Source: Planctomycetota bacterium (lineage in GTDB: Bacteria; Planctomycetota; UBA1135; UBA2386). From it: a DNA stretch of 64,000 nt. Location of the stretch: assembly GCA_965228735.1 (NCBI GenBank), contig OZ245838.1, positions 1,664,001 to 1,728,000 on the forward strand, given 5' to 3'. A model generated the notes under the pieces. The model saw only the letters and a program-made list of their open reading frames with translations, had not been told where the DNA came from and made no database searches. Below, piece after piece: positions 9,654-17,250 of this stretch (the stretch's first letter is position 1; each line of letters starts with the position of its first letter). The position numbers and the translations under genes were made by a program.

Positions 9654-9725
9654 GGCAAGGGACCATCGTCCGCCTCGCACATGCGGCTTGACCTGACCCG
9701 GCCGTCCTGCCGAAGTACCTGGCGC

Positions 9726-10124
9726 GTGAGCCCTCTCTCCGAACGCGACCTGCACGTCCTCGCCATCGTCGGCGACCCGCGGCCCATGCAGGCCCTGCTC
9801 GCCGACCTGCGCGACCAGTGCATCGCTGTCGACGTTGCCAAGGGGCTTACGGAAGCACGGACCGCGTTCTTCGGCTCGGGCGGCCACGACTGCCTCGTCG
9901 TCGGCCCCGACGTCGCGCCCGGACTCGCCGCGCGCGTGCTCGGGTCGCTGCGCGCGGTCGACCCCAACCTCGCGGCCGCCACGTTCGCGCCGAGTGCGAC
10001 CGAGAACGGCCGCGACGCCGACCGCGCACGTTCGCGCACGGCGATGCTCGCGGGATTCCACCCGAGCTCGCGCGCGGGCAAGGGCGCGCTGCTGCGGTTT
10101 CTCAGCGGGCTGGCGCGCGCCTGA
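9726..10124 (+). CDS. hypothetical protein, possibly a degenerate receiver (CheY-like) fold
   Basis: HVLAIVGDP...AVDVAKGLTEA...HDCLVVG pattern with no Asp at the expected phospho-acceptor site. Start uncertain (9681 or 9726). Confidence 0.55.
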   Translation: MSPLSERDLHVLAIVGDPRPMQALLADLRDQCIAVDVAKGLTEARTAFFGSGGHDCLVVGPDVAPGLAARVLGSLRAVDPNLAAATFAPSATENGRDADRARSRTAMLAGFHPSSRAGKGALLRFLSGLARA

Positions 10125-10317
10125 GGGGCGCGGGCACGCCGAGGATCCGGTCCGCGTGCCGGCGCGTGATCGCAACGATGCCGGCAAGCGCGAGCACGGG
10201 AGCTGCCCTCGCAAGCGGCCCCCCGTTCGAGCGGCGGCGGTCAGGTCACGCCCCCGGCCGGGGAAGTACAGGTATCATCGCGCCACCAATGGCACGGATC
10301 CGAAACGAGGAACGGCG

Positions 10318-10581
10318 ATGACCGTCCGCGAGCGGATTGCCTGGCTCTTCGGGTTCATCGGTGCGTTCATGCTCGCGTTCTTCGTGGGTTGGTTGTGCTA
10401 TGTCCCCATCGGAGAGCCGAACGAAGACCGTCTGCTCCCAATGTGGTTCATGTTCGTGCCCTGGTTTGCGATATGGCCGCTCGCAGAGCTCTTCGATCGA
10501 CGCCGGTGGCGTTCGCGGCGCGCGAATCGACGCCGAGCCGTCCCGACCCCGCCACCCTTGCCGCCCCAGAATCCGCGTTAG
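10318..10581 (+). CDS. small two-TM membrane protein
   Basis: GAGG RBS, two hydrophobic segments, Arg/Pro-rich tail. Confidence 0.65.
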   Translation: MTVRERIAWLFGFIGAFMLAFFVGWLCYVPIGEPNEDRLLPMWFMFVPWFAIWPLAELFDRRRWRSRRANRRRAVPTPPPLPPQNPR

Positions 10582-10642
10582 CGCGGGCGGGCGATGACCG
10601 GAGGGTTGCGACCGCGTCTCGGGCCGAGTCTCATCACGCCGA

Positions 10643-11425
10643 GTGACGTGTGACTTCGGGGTCTGGTCGACGGGGAAGGTCCTCAGCAACGAGGAAGCCG
10701 GCGAGCTGTATGGGCAGCTCTGCGATGGGATCACCGACGGCGTGCTGCCGACTCCGGCGATCGAAGCGTTCTATGGCGAGTTGACGGCGATGCATCCCGA
10801 CCTCGACGACATCCCGGATGACAAGGTCGACGACCTGGAGCAGAGCCCTTGGAGTTGCGGTCTCGGCCGATCTTCGGGCCACGTCCTCATGAACTGCCGT
10901 TGGTCGCGTGCGGAATACTGCTACGGGCTGATTCACGAGCTGGCCTGCAAGCACGGCCTCACCTTCTTCGACCCTCAGTCTGGGGTGGTCCACGATCCGG
11001 ATCTGGCGAAGCCCTCGACCCGGCGGCAGTGCGAAGGACTCCCGTGGAACGGTGACGGCAACGTGATCCGCCGGATCGCGACCGCGGGCTCGGACATATC
11101 TCGACCGATGGTCGTGGACTTCCAACTCGCCTTGCCGGACCGCGGCAGCGCGTTCGCCGCGATGCTCGAGGCCCGCAACCTCGGCTATACCTGCGAAGTG
11201 GACCAGGACGACGACAGCGAGACGTGGACCTGCACGTGCTCGCGGAGCATGACGCTCGACTACAACACGCTGCTCACGACCCAGGCCGAACTGGACCTCG
11301 TCGCCGAGAAACACGGCGGGAAAAGCGACGGCTGGGGCACGTTCGGCAACGCCCCGGCCGAGCCAGCGCCACCGCCACGCCAAGCGTGGTGGACGTTCTG
11401 GTGGTCGTGGTTCCTGCCGAAGTAG
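10643..11425 (+). CDS. two-domain protein with C-terminal RraB-like (RNase E inhibitor fold) domain
   Basis: C-terminal GSDISRPMVVDF...AEKHGGKSDGWGT matches the RraB-family pattern. The N-terminal domain ends GLTFFDPQ. Confidence 0.75.
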   Translation: MTCDFGVWSTGKVLSNEEAGELYGQLCDGITDGVLPTPAIEAFYGELTAMHPDLDDIPDDKVDDLEQSPWSCGLGRSSGHVLMNCRWSRAEYCYGLIHELACKHGLTFFDPQSGVVHDPDLAKPSTRRQCEGLPWNGDGNVIRRIATAGSDISRPMVVDFQLALPDRGSAFAAMLEARNLGYTCEVDQDDDSETWTCTCSRSMTLDYNTLLTTQAELDLVAEKHGGKSDGWGTFGNAPAEPAPPPRQAWWTFWWSWFLPK

Positions 11426-11480
11426 GCCACGCGAGCCATCGGCGACGCGGCACCTGCCCCCGCTTCGACCGGCAGGAAGG

Positions 11481-11525
11481 TGGGGTGGCTAACGGGATTC
11501 GAAACCGCGACCTCCAGAACCACAA
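11481..11525 (-). repeat. att-like duplicate of the tRNA-His 3' half
   Basis: 44 of 45 nt identical to 12303-12347 (anticodon loop to CCA). Confidence 0.92.
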
Positions 11526-11565
11526 ACCTCGTCGAGCGGCCTAGGTCTCTACCCGAATCTGCCCC

Positions 11566-11584
11566 TTCGTGGACAGTGTCCGCG
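11566..11584. repeat. 19-bp direct repeat, copy 1 (TTCGTGGACAGTGTCCGCG)
   Basis: Identical to 12213-12231 and contains the dyad GGACA-G-TGTCC. Confidence 0.85.
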
Positions 11585-11629
11585 GCGACGGAATGTTCCG
11601 ACCATCCTATTCCGCGCGCGCGATCGGGC

Positions 11630-11950
11630 CTACCGCTTGGTCGACTCCGGCCGCCACTTGTTGCCATACGGGTAGTAGCCGTCGGAGACTTGCACAGGAA
11701 ATGTGACGATGTCCCACGCCAACGTGAACGGCACGGCCGCCAGGAACGCCAGGGGCTTCAAGATGGCTGAGGAGATCGAGTCCCCTCGGGCTGCATCATG
11801 ACGGAAGCCAAGGTCTGTTCTTTCGTCCGGGAACAGGTCAGCATTCGCCCAGATACCAAGCTGAATCGACGCACAGGACTGAGTGGAGCAGAGAGCGATG
11901 AAAAGCAAGGCAGCCCGGCTGCCCCTCCGACCCGTCACTCTCGACCTCAT
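11630..11950 (-). CDS. small putative lipoprotein (YceK/YidQ-like)
   Basis: Signal with QSC-AS and a hydrophobic VPFTLAWDIVTFPVQ motif resembling YceK/YidQ-family C-termini. Confidence 0.55.
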   Translation of the reverse strand: MRSRVTGRRGSRAALLFIALCSTQSCASIQLGIWANADLFPDERTDLGFRHDAARGDSISSAILKPLAFLAAVPFTLAWDIVTFPVQVSDGYYPYGNKWRPESTKR

Positions 11951-12212
11951 TCTGGTCAGGATACCCGTCTCACCGCGACTGTGGAGATCGCCGATGGAGG
12001 GCACTTCTTCCGACTGCGACAGGGCCCTGCCGAGACACCTGAGCGGTAGAGCCAGCGACGGCGATCGGGATGCTTGCACGCCCACTCCAGCGCAGTGATC
12101 GACTCGTGCAGCGACCAGCGCCGGGTTGTCGTGCCCGATGATGCAACCGCGTTCCTTGGCGCCATGCGCGGTTCGCGCATCGTCTTGGTCACCTCGGGTG
12201 CCTCCGTGCGGT

Positions 12213-12231
12213 TTCGTGGACAGTGTCCGCG
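12213..12231. repeat. 19-bp direct repeat, copy 2
   Basis: Identical to 11566-11584. Confidence 0.85.
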
Positions 12232-12302
12232 AGATTCGCGTGTCCGAACCGCACGGTCCGAGGACCGGTACGCCGCATGTTGCGACGTTCAGCGAAGTTG
12301 AA

Positions 12303-12380
12303 TGGGGTGGCTAACGGGATTCGAACCCGCGACCTCCAGAACCACAATCTGGCGCTCTAACCGACTGAGCTATAGCCACC
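12303..12380 (-). tRNA. tRNA-His (GUG)
   Basis: Reverse complement GGTGGCTATAGCTCAGTCGGTTAGAGCGCCAGATTGTGGTTCTGGAGGTCGCGGGTTCGAATCCCGTTAGCCACCCCA, with encoded G-1, C discriminator and CCA. Confidence 0.97.
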
Positions 12381-12393
12381 GTGCGGGGCGAGG

Positions 12394-12422
12394 AGTTTGC
12401 CGCCGGTCCTGGCAGTGGTCAA
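12394..12422 (-). promoter_or_regulatory. sigma70-like promoter of tRNA-His
   Basis: TTGACC-N17-CAAACT directly upstream of the tRNA. Confidence 0.6.
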
Positions 12423-12451
12423 GACGCGCGTTCATCCTTCGCAACGAGAAC

Positions 12452-12480
12452 TTGCGTCGGGCTTTTGCACTCGCTAGTTT
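12452..12480 (+). promoter_or_regulatory. sigma70-like promoter of tRNA-Lys
   Basis: TTGCGT-N17-TAGTTT followed by a GC-rich discriminator. Confidence 0.6.
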
Positions 12481-12495
12481 CCCCGCCCCAAACCG

Positions 12496-12571
12496 GCCTC
12501 CGTAGCTCAGTCGGTAGAGCAGCGGATTCTTAATCCGCGGGTCCTAGGTTCGAGCCCTAGCGGAGGTACCA
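12496..12571 (+). tRNA. tRNA-Lys (CUU)
   Basis: GCCTCCG/CGGAGGT acceptor stem, anticodon arm GCGGA-TTCTTAA-TCCGC, GGTTCGAG T-loop, CCA. Confidence 0.97.
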
Positions 12572-12577
12572 CATGCA

Positions 12578-12625
12578 ACGGCCGAGGCCCCTGCCACCCA
12601 GGCGGGCTTCGGCCGTCTGCTTTTT
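12578..12625 (+). terminator. intrinsic terminator after tRNA-Lys
   Basis: ACGGCCGAGGCCC/GGGCTTCGGCCGT stem followed by CTGCTTTTT. Confidence 0.65.
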
Positions 12626-12680
12626 CGGGACGGGTGCTGCTGCCGCCGTCGTCCCGACCGGCGCGCCGGAACCGGTACCT

Positions 12681-13811
12681 TCAGAGCACCTGCACGACGA
12701 CCGGCGCGCCGAGCACGAGGTCCGTGCTGGTGGCCGGCAGCGTGAGGCCCTGGAACGTGACCGGCAGGTTCATCGGCGCCGCCGCCGGCAGCGTGATCGA
12801 GGCGGAGAGGTCCCCCATCGCATCCCCGAAACCGATGCGTAGAACGACGTAGTTGGCCGGATCGATCCAGGCTTCGCCGAGCGGGGTCGGCTGCGGCGCG
12901 CGCAGGCCGAGCCCGGCGATCAATGCGGCCGGCCCGCTCGGCTCGCCGTGCACGGTCGCCGTGATCGTGCCGCCCGGCGGGGCGCTGTTCGCCGTCGTGC
13001 CAGGGAAGGGCTCGAGGGTGCCGGGGGTCGCGCTGGGTGTGATCGACACCGAGGCATCGCGATACAGCGTTGCAGTCGAGCCGAGAAACACGGCGGCGGA
13101 CTGGGTGTTGTTCGGCCCGATGCCACCCGTCACCGTGCTCCGGGTGATCTGAACCACGCCGTCGTAGATGTAGAGTCCGAACCACGGCGGCGCGTAGGAA
13201 CAGATGATCCCCGGGCCACCGGCCGCCCCGACGACGGTCGAGTCGGTGATGGCGAGGCGCCCCCCGTTCATCCAGACGGACTCGCCCGACAGGCAATGCG
13301 ATCCGAGCGACGCGCCTCGATTGCCGCGCACGGTGCACGAGTTGAGCGCGACGTTCGCACCGTAGATCATCAGCGCCGGGTTGACCTGGAGCAATGAGAA
13401 CGGTGTCCCGGCTCCGAGCACGCAGCCCCGCAGGCTCACTGTCACCGACGGACTGACCAGCACGTGCCCGGCCTCGACGTTCTCGACGATGCTGTCGTGG
13501 TCACACCGGAGTTCGAGCACGACGAGGTCGCGGAGCGACGCGACACCCGCCTGACCCAGCGGCCGCAGATGGAGCCGATCGATGCGGGTCGTCCCGGGGC
13601 CGCCCCCGATGAAGTGCAACTGCTTGTTGACGTTCTGAGCCGGGTAGACCCCGCCGCGGATCAGGAGCGTGTCGTCGTGGCTCGCAGCTGCGATCGCGGC
13701 GCCGAGGTCGGTGAAGTTGCCCCCACCGTTCGGGTCGACGATCCAAGTGGTCTGCGCGTTCAGCGCGGCCACGAACCCGAAACCAGCCACCATCGCCAGA
13801 CCCTGCTTCAT
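12681..13811 (-). CDS. secreted protein with pectin-lyase-like (beta-helix) N-terminal region
   Basis: Signal peptide, TWIVDPNGGGNFTDLGAAIAAASHDDTLLIRGGVY start motif, repeating beta turns, beta-sandwich C-terminus. Confidence 0.75.
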   Translation of the reverse strand: MKQGLAMVAGFGFVAALNAQTTWIVDPNGGGNFTDLGAAIAAASHDDTLLIRGGVYPAQNVNKQLHFIGGGPGTTRIDRLHLRPLGQAGVASLRDLVVLELRCDHDSIVENVEAGHVLVSPSVTVSLRGCVLGAGTPFSLLQVNPALMIYGANVALNSCTVRGNRGASLGSHCLSGESVWMNGGRLAITDSTVVGAAGGPGIICSYAPPWFGLYIYDGVVQITRSTVTGGIGPNNTQSAAVFLGSTATLYRDASVSITPSATPGTLEPFPGTTANSAPPGGTITATVHGEPSGPAALIAGLGLRAPQPTPLGEAWIDPANYVVLRIGFGDAMGDLSASITLPAAAPMNLPVTFQGLTLPATSTDLVLGAPVVVQVL

Positions 13812-13926
13812 ACGGCGGTCCTCTCCGCCGGCCACCGTCGGCCGACCTCGGCCAGGATAGACGGTCCCCGCCGTTCTGCCATCCCCGCCGGCCGCGGCCC
13901 GGCGAGCGACCGCCGTCGCGGCGCGC

Positions 13927-15816
13927 CTACGCCTCGCCGACGGACGAGACCGGGCTGTGCGGCGCCATCACGGGCTCGCGCGGCAGGCGCAGGTAGAACG
14001 TCGTGCCGACGCCCTCCTCGGAGTCGAACGACACCGTGCCGCCGTGCGCCTGGACGATCTCGCGCACGATGTGCAGGCCGAGGCCGCTGCCGCTGATGCC
14101 CGAGCTGTTGCTGCCGCGCGAGAACCGGCGGAACAGCTTCGGCCGGTCCGCCTCGGGGATCCCGATGCCGTTGTCGCGCACGTAGACCTGCCACATGTCG
14201 TCGCCGTCGTCCTCGCAGCCGACCTCGATGCGCGGCTGCCGGTCCTGGGCGGCGAACGACACGGCGTTGCCGATGAGGTTGAGCAGGACCCGCTTGAGCC
14301 CCCACGCGTCGGCCTCGATCGTCGGGCCCTCGACGATCTCGACGTCGACGTCGGCCACCTCGAGCTCGAAGTGCAGGGTGCGCACGACCTCGCGCGCGAC
14401 CGCCGCCACGTCGCACGACTGGAACTCGAGCCGCACGCCGTCGTGATCGAGCTGCGAGCTGTCGAGCAGGTCGCTGACGAGCTTGCGCATCACGTCGATG
14501 CCCTCGAGGCCGTGCTGCACGGCCTCCTTGACCTTCGCCGGCACCTCGCCGAGCGTGCCACGCTCCACGAGGTTGAGCATGACGCCGAGCGCGCCGAGCG
14601 GGCGCTTGAGGTCGTGCACCGCGGTCTGCGTGAACTCGACGAGGTCGTGGACCTTCTTCTCGTAGCGGCTGCGCTCCTCGTCGAGCTCGCCGAAGCGTTG
14701 CGCGAGTTCGAGGTTGGCCTGGACCGAGTGGTCGAGCATCTCGGTCGCGCCCTCCTCCTCGGGTGCGGCAGGCGCGCTCTCGGGCGCCGCAGCGTGGGCC
14801 GCGTTGGCGGCGTCGACGAGCGCGTCGGCGGCCAGCTTCGGTGCGTCGACGAGCTCGTCGAGGTCGATGTCGAGGTCCTCGTTCGTGAGCACCTCACCGC
14901 TCGGCAGCGGTGCTGCCGGACCCGAGACCTCGTTCAGCGAGTAGTCGAGCTGGAAGTCCTCGTCCGTGGCCTCCTCGGCCGTCGCGCCAGGAGTGCTCGG
15001 CATCTGCTGCTGCAGCTCGTCGAGCAGCTGCGGCGAGTCCCAGAACGGATCCTCGAGCGCGGGGTCCGCGGCGGCCGGCGATTGACCGTCCGGGATCTCG
15101 ACGCGCACCTGCGGCGTCTCGTCGATCGGGGTGACCTCGCGCGCGCGACGGGCCTCGTCGCACGCCTCCCACAGCCGCTGCCGCGCCTCGTCGGCGACGG
15201 CGCGCGCGTCGAACTCCTCGTCGAGCTCGAGTCGCGCGACCTGGCCCTCGATGAGGCGCCCGGCCGCTTCGACGAACGCCTCGAACACGCCGTGGCCCTC
15301 GGTCGCGACCGTCGGGAACGCATCGATGTCGTCGCGGAACCGGAAGTGCTGGTCGAGCTCCGGCTCGGACAGGATGTCGTCCAGATCGCGCTTGTTGTAC
15401 TGCATCACGATCGGGATGTCCGCGGACGTCGTCCGGATCGTGCTGAGGTTGTCGCGCATGCTCTGCAGCGACTCGAGGTTCTCCTGCAGGCGGCTCGCCT
15501 GGCTGTCGACGACGAACACCACGGCGTCCGCGCCCTGCAGCACGAGCTGCCGCATGAGGCGATACTTCGGCTGCCCGGGAACGGTGTAGCCCTTGATGCG
15601 GATCTTGAACCCGCCGATCGTCCCGAGGTTGATCGGCAGGAAGTCGAACATCAGCGTCGAATCCTCTTCCGTGCTGATCGACAGCAGCTGCACCTCGTTG
15701 CGCGGGCTGAAGATGCTGTGGACCTGCTGCAGACTCGTCGTCTTGCCGCCCACGCCGACCCCGTAGTACACGAGTTTGGCGTTGATCGTCCGTTCCGCGA
15801 CGTTGATGTAGCCCAT
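13927..15816 (-). CDS. MglA-family GTPase fused to a histidine kinase (HisKA + HATPase_c)
   Basis: N-terminus: INAKLVYYGVGVGGKTT, TLMFDFLP, YTVPGQ, GADAVVFVVDSQ, QYNKRDL. Then an acidic linker. C-terminus: HDLKRPL, NLIGNA, DNGIGI, LFRRF, GSGLGL. Confidence 0.92.
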   Translation of the reverse strand: MGYINVAERTINAKLVYYGVGVGGKTTSLQQVHSIFSPRNEVQLLSISTEEDSTLMFDFLPINLGTIGGFKIRIKGYTVPGQPKYRLMRQLVLQGADAVVFVVDSQASRLQENLESLQSMRDNLSTIRTTSADIPIVMQYNKRDLDDILSEPELDQHFRFRDDIDAFPTVATEGHGVFEAFVEAAGRLIEGQVARLELDEEFDARAVADEARQRLWEACDEARRAREVTPIDETPQVRVEIPDGQSPAAADPALEDPFWDSPQLLDELQQQMPSTPGATAEEATDEDFQLDYSLNEVSGPAAPLPSGEVLTNEDLDIDLDELVDAPKLAADALVDAANAAHAAAPESAPAAPEEEGATEMLDHSVQANLELAQRFGELDEERSRYEKKVHDLVEFTQTAVHDLKRPLGALGVMLNLVERGTLGEVPAKVKEAVQHGLEGIDVMRKLVSDLLDSSQLDHDGVRLEFQSCDVAAVAREVVRTLHFELEVADVDVEIVEGPTIEADAWGLKRVLLNLIGNAVSFAAQDRQPRIEVGCEDDGDDMWQVYVRDNGIGIPEADRPKLFRRFSRGSNSSGISGSGLGLHIVREIVQAHGGTVSFDSEEGVGTTFYLRLPREPVMAPHSPVSSVGEA

Positions 15817-15861
15817 GGATAGCGGCGCCGAGCGAGGCGCGGGGCCAATCTCATCGGCAGA

Positions 15862-17250
15862 TCACCGGACTCGTCTGAACGGATCCCGTTGCACCGTCGG
15901 GAGCAGCACCGCCCGGTAGGGTTTTCCAGCGCCGGTGACCGCGGCGAACGCGGCGTGAGCGTCCGCGGCGGTCACCGCCGCGACCGCCGCGGCGTCGATC
16001 CCGGCGGCCGCCGCCCGCATGGCAACGAGCACCCGACCCGGCGCGACGACGGCTGTCGAGTTCCACGGCAGTGGCGCGTTCTCCGACACGATGACGTCCC
16101 GGGCCCGGGCGAGCTCCTTGCTGCTCGGCGGCCGGTTGTCGAGGTCGTCGAGCAGCTGCTCGATCGCCGCAAACGCCTTGTCCGCGGCGTGACCGGTGTG
16201 CGCGCGCCGCAGCAGGACGAGCACGGGCTCGTGGTCCGCCCACGACCAGGCGACGAACGGCGCGCGGGCCCTGACGTGGACCCCGCGGATCACGGCCGGC
16301 GTGCGTGCCAGCGCGCGCTCGCGGGCGACCTCCACGAGCACGGCGAGCGCTGCACCGCGAAGCTCGCGCGGCACGGCGAACGCGACCGCCGCGAACGGGC
16401 CGTCGACGCGGGAGTGTGGGATGCGTTCGGGCTCGGTGGCGTGCTCCGTGCGAGACGGACTGCGCGTGGCCGCTCCGACGACGTCGGCGAAGGATTGGCC
16501 CGGCGTTGCCGACGGCGGCACCGTGACCGTGAGATCCAGGGGCCGCACTCCCGGGGGCAGCTCGCCGAACACCCGGTACGTCACGCCACCGCGCCACGGC
16601 AGCAGCGCTCGCACGCGCGCGGCCGTCACATTCTGCAGGGCGGCCGCGCTGCCGTGCAGGCCGCGATCGCCGGTCGCTCCGTCGGCGAACGCGCGGCGGG
16701 CGCGGCTCTGCAGCATCGAGCCCGGATACAGCCATTCGGCGTCGTCCGCGACGAGCGCGGCCCGCGCGATCTCGAGCTCGATGGCGTCCGTCGTCGGCGA
16801 CTCGGCGTCGACGTCGCCGCGGACCAACGCCTGCAGGAACGCGACCCCCGCTCGCCACTCCGAGGGGCGAACGGTCACGAAATGGACCGCGCTCCGATCC
16901 CGCACCTGGCTGCCGCTCTGTCGGACCCCGGGGACCGCGGCCCGCGCGCGCGCGCTCCGGCACGCCGCGACGACGCGGGCGACCCCGGCCTCCGCCGCAT
17001 CGTCGTCGAGCACCCCGTGCGGTTCGAGCATGGCGAACACCAGAGTGCCGCTGTCCGGGACGGCAACGATCTGTGGTGTGACGACCCGGCCGACCAGTGG
17101 TGACCCGGGATTCTGGGCCGGCCCAGAATCCCGGGCGGGCGCCGGTTCCTGTGCCGGCGGCGACTCCTGGGCACGGACCACGGCCGAACCCGTCAGCGGC
17201 GAAGCGCAGACCAACGACCAGAACAACGACGACGAACGGAATGGAGTCAT
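15862..17250 (-). CDS. exported M16 peptidase-like protein, probably inactive
   Basis: Signal peptide and M16-like segments (GSAAALQNVTAARVRA; IAAVTAADAH-like tail). No HxxEH motif. Confidence 0.6.
   Translation of the reverse strand: MTPFRSSSLFWSLVCASPLTGSAVVRAQESPPAQEPAPARDSGPAQNPGSPLVGRVVTPQIVAVPDSGTLVFAMLEPHGVLDDDAAEAGVARVVAACRSARARAAVPGVRQSGSQVRDRSAVHFVTVRPSEWRAGVAFLQALVRGDVDAESPTTDAIELEIARAALVADDAEWLYPGSMLQSRARRAFADGATGDRGLHGSAAALQNVTAARVRALLPWRGGVTYRVFGELPPGVRPLDLTVTVPPSATPGQSFADVVGAATRSPSRTEHATEPERIPHSRVDGPFAAVAFAVPRELRGAALAVLVEVARERALARTPAVIRGVHVRARAPFVAWSWADHEPVLVLLRRAHTGHAADKAFAAIEQLLDDLDNRPPSSKELARARDVIVSENAPLPWNSTAVVAPGRVLVAMRAAAAGIDAAAVAAVTAADAHAAFAAVTGAGKPYRAVLLPTVQRDPFRRVR

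Larger units (their letters stand above)
11481..12347. mobile_element. miniature tRNA-His-integrated islet with no intact integrase
   Basis: Flanked by the 45-bp direct repeat, carries an internal 19-bp direct repeat near each end, and is visibly more AT-rich than its flanks. Confidence 0.75.

Noticed and set aside
9726..10124. Cognate response regulator for the GTPase-kinase
   Set aside because: Receiver similarity is weak, there is no phospho-acceptor Asp, and it is separated from the kinase by tRNA genes and an islet.
11481..11525. Possible second tRNA-His gene
   Set aside because: Only the 3' half is present, with no D-arm or 5' acceptor strand, so it is treated as an att duplicate.
11956..12192. 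78-aa ORF as a functional gene or integrase
   Set aside because: It has an RBS-like GGAGG but no recognisable catalytic motifs, so it is mentioned only as a possible relic.
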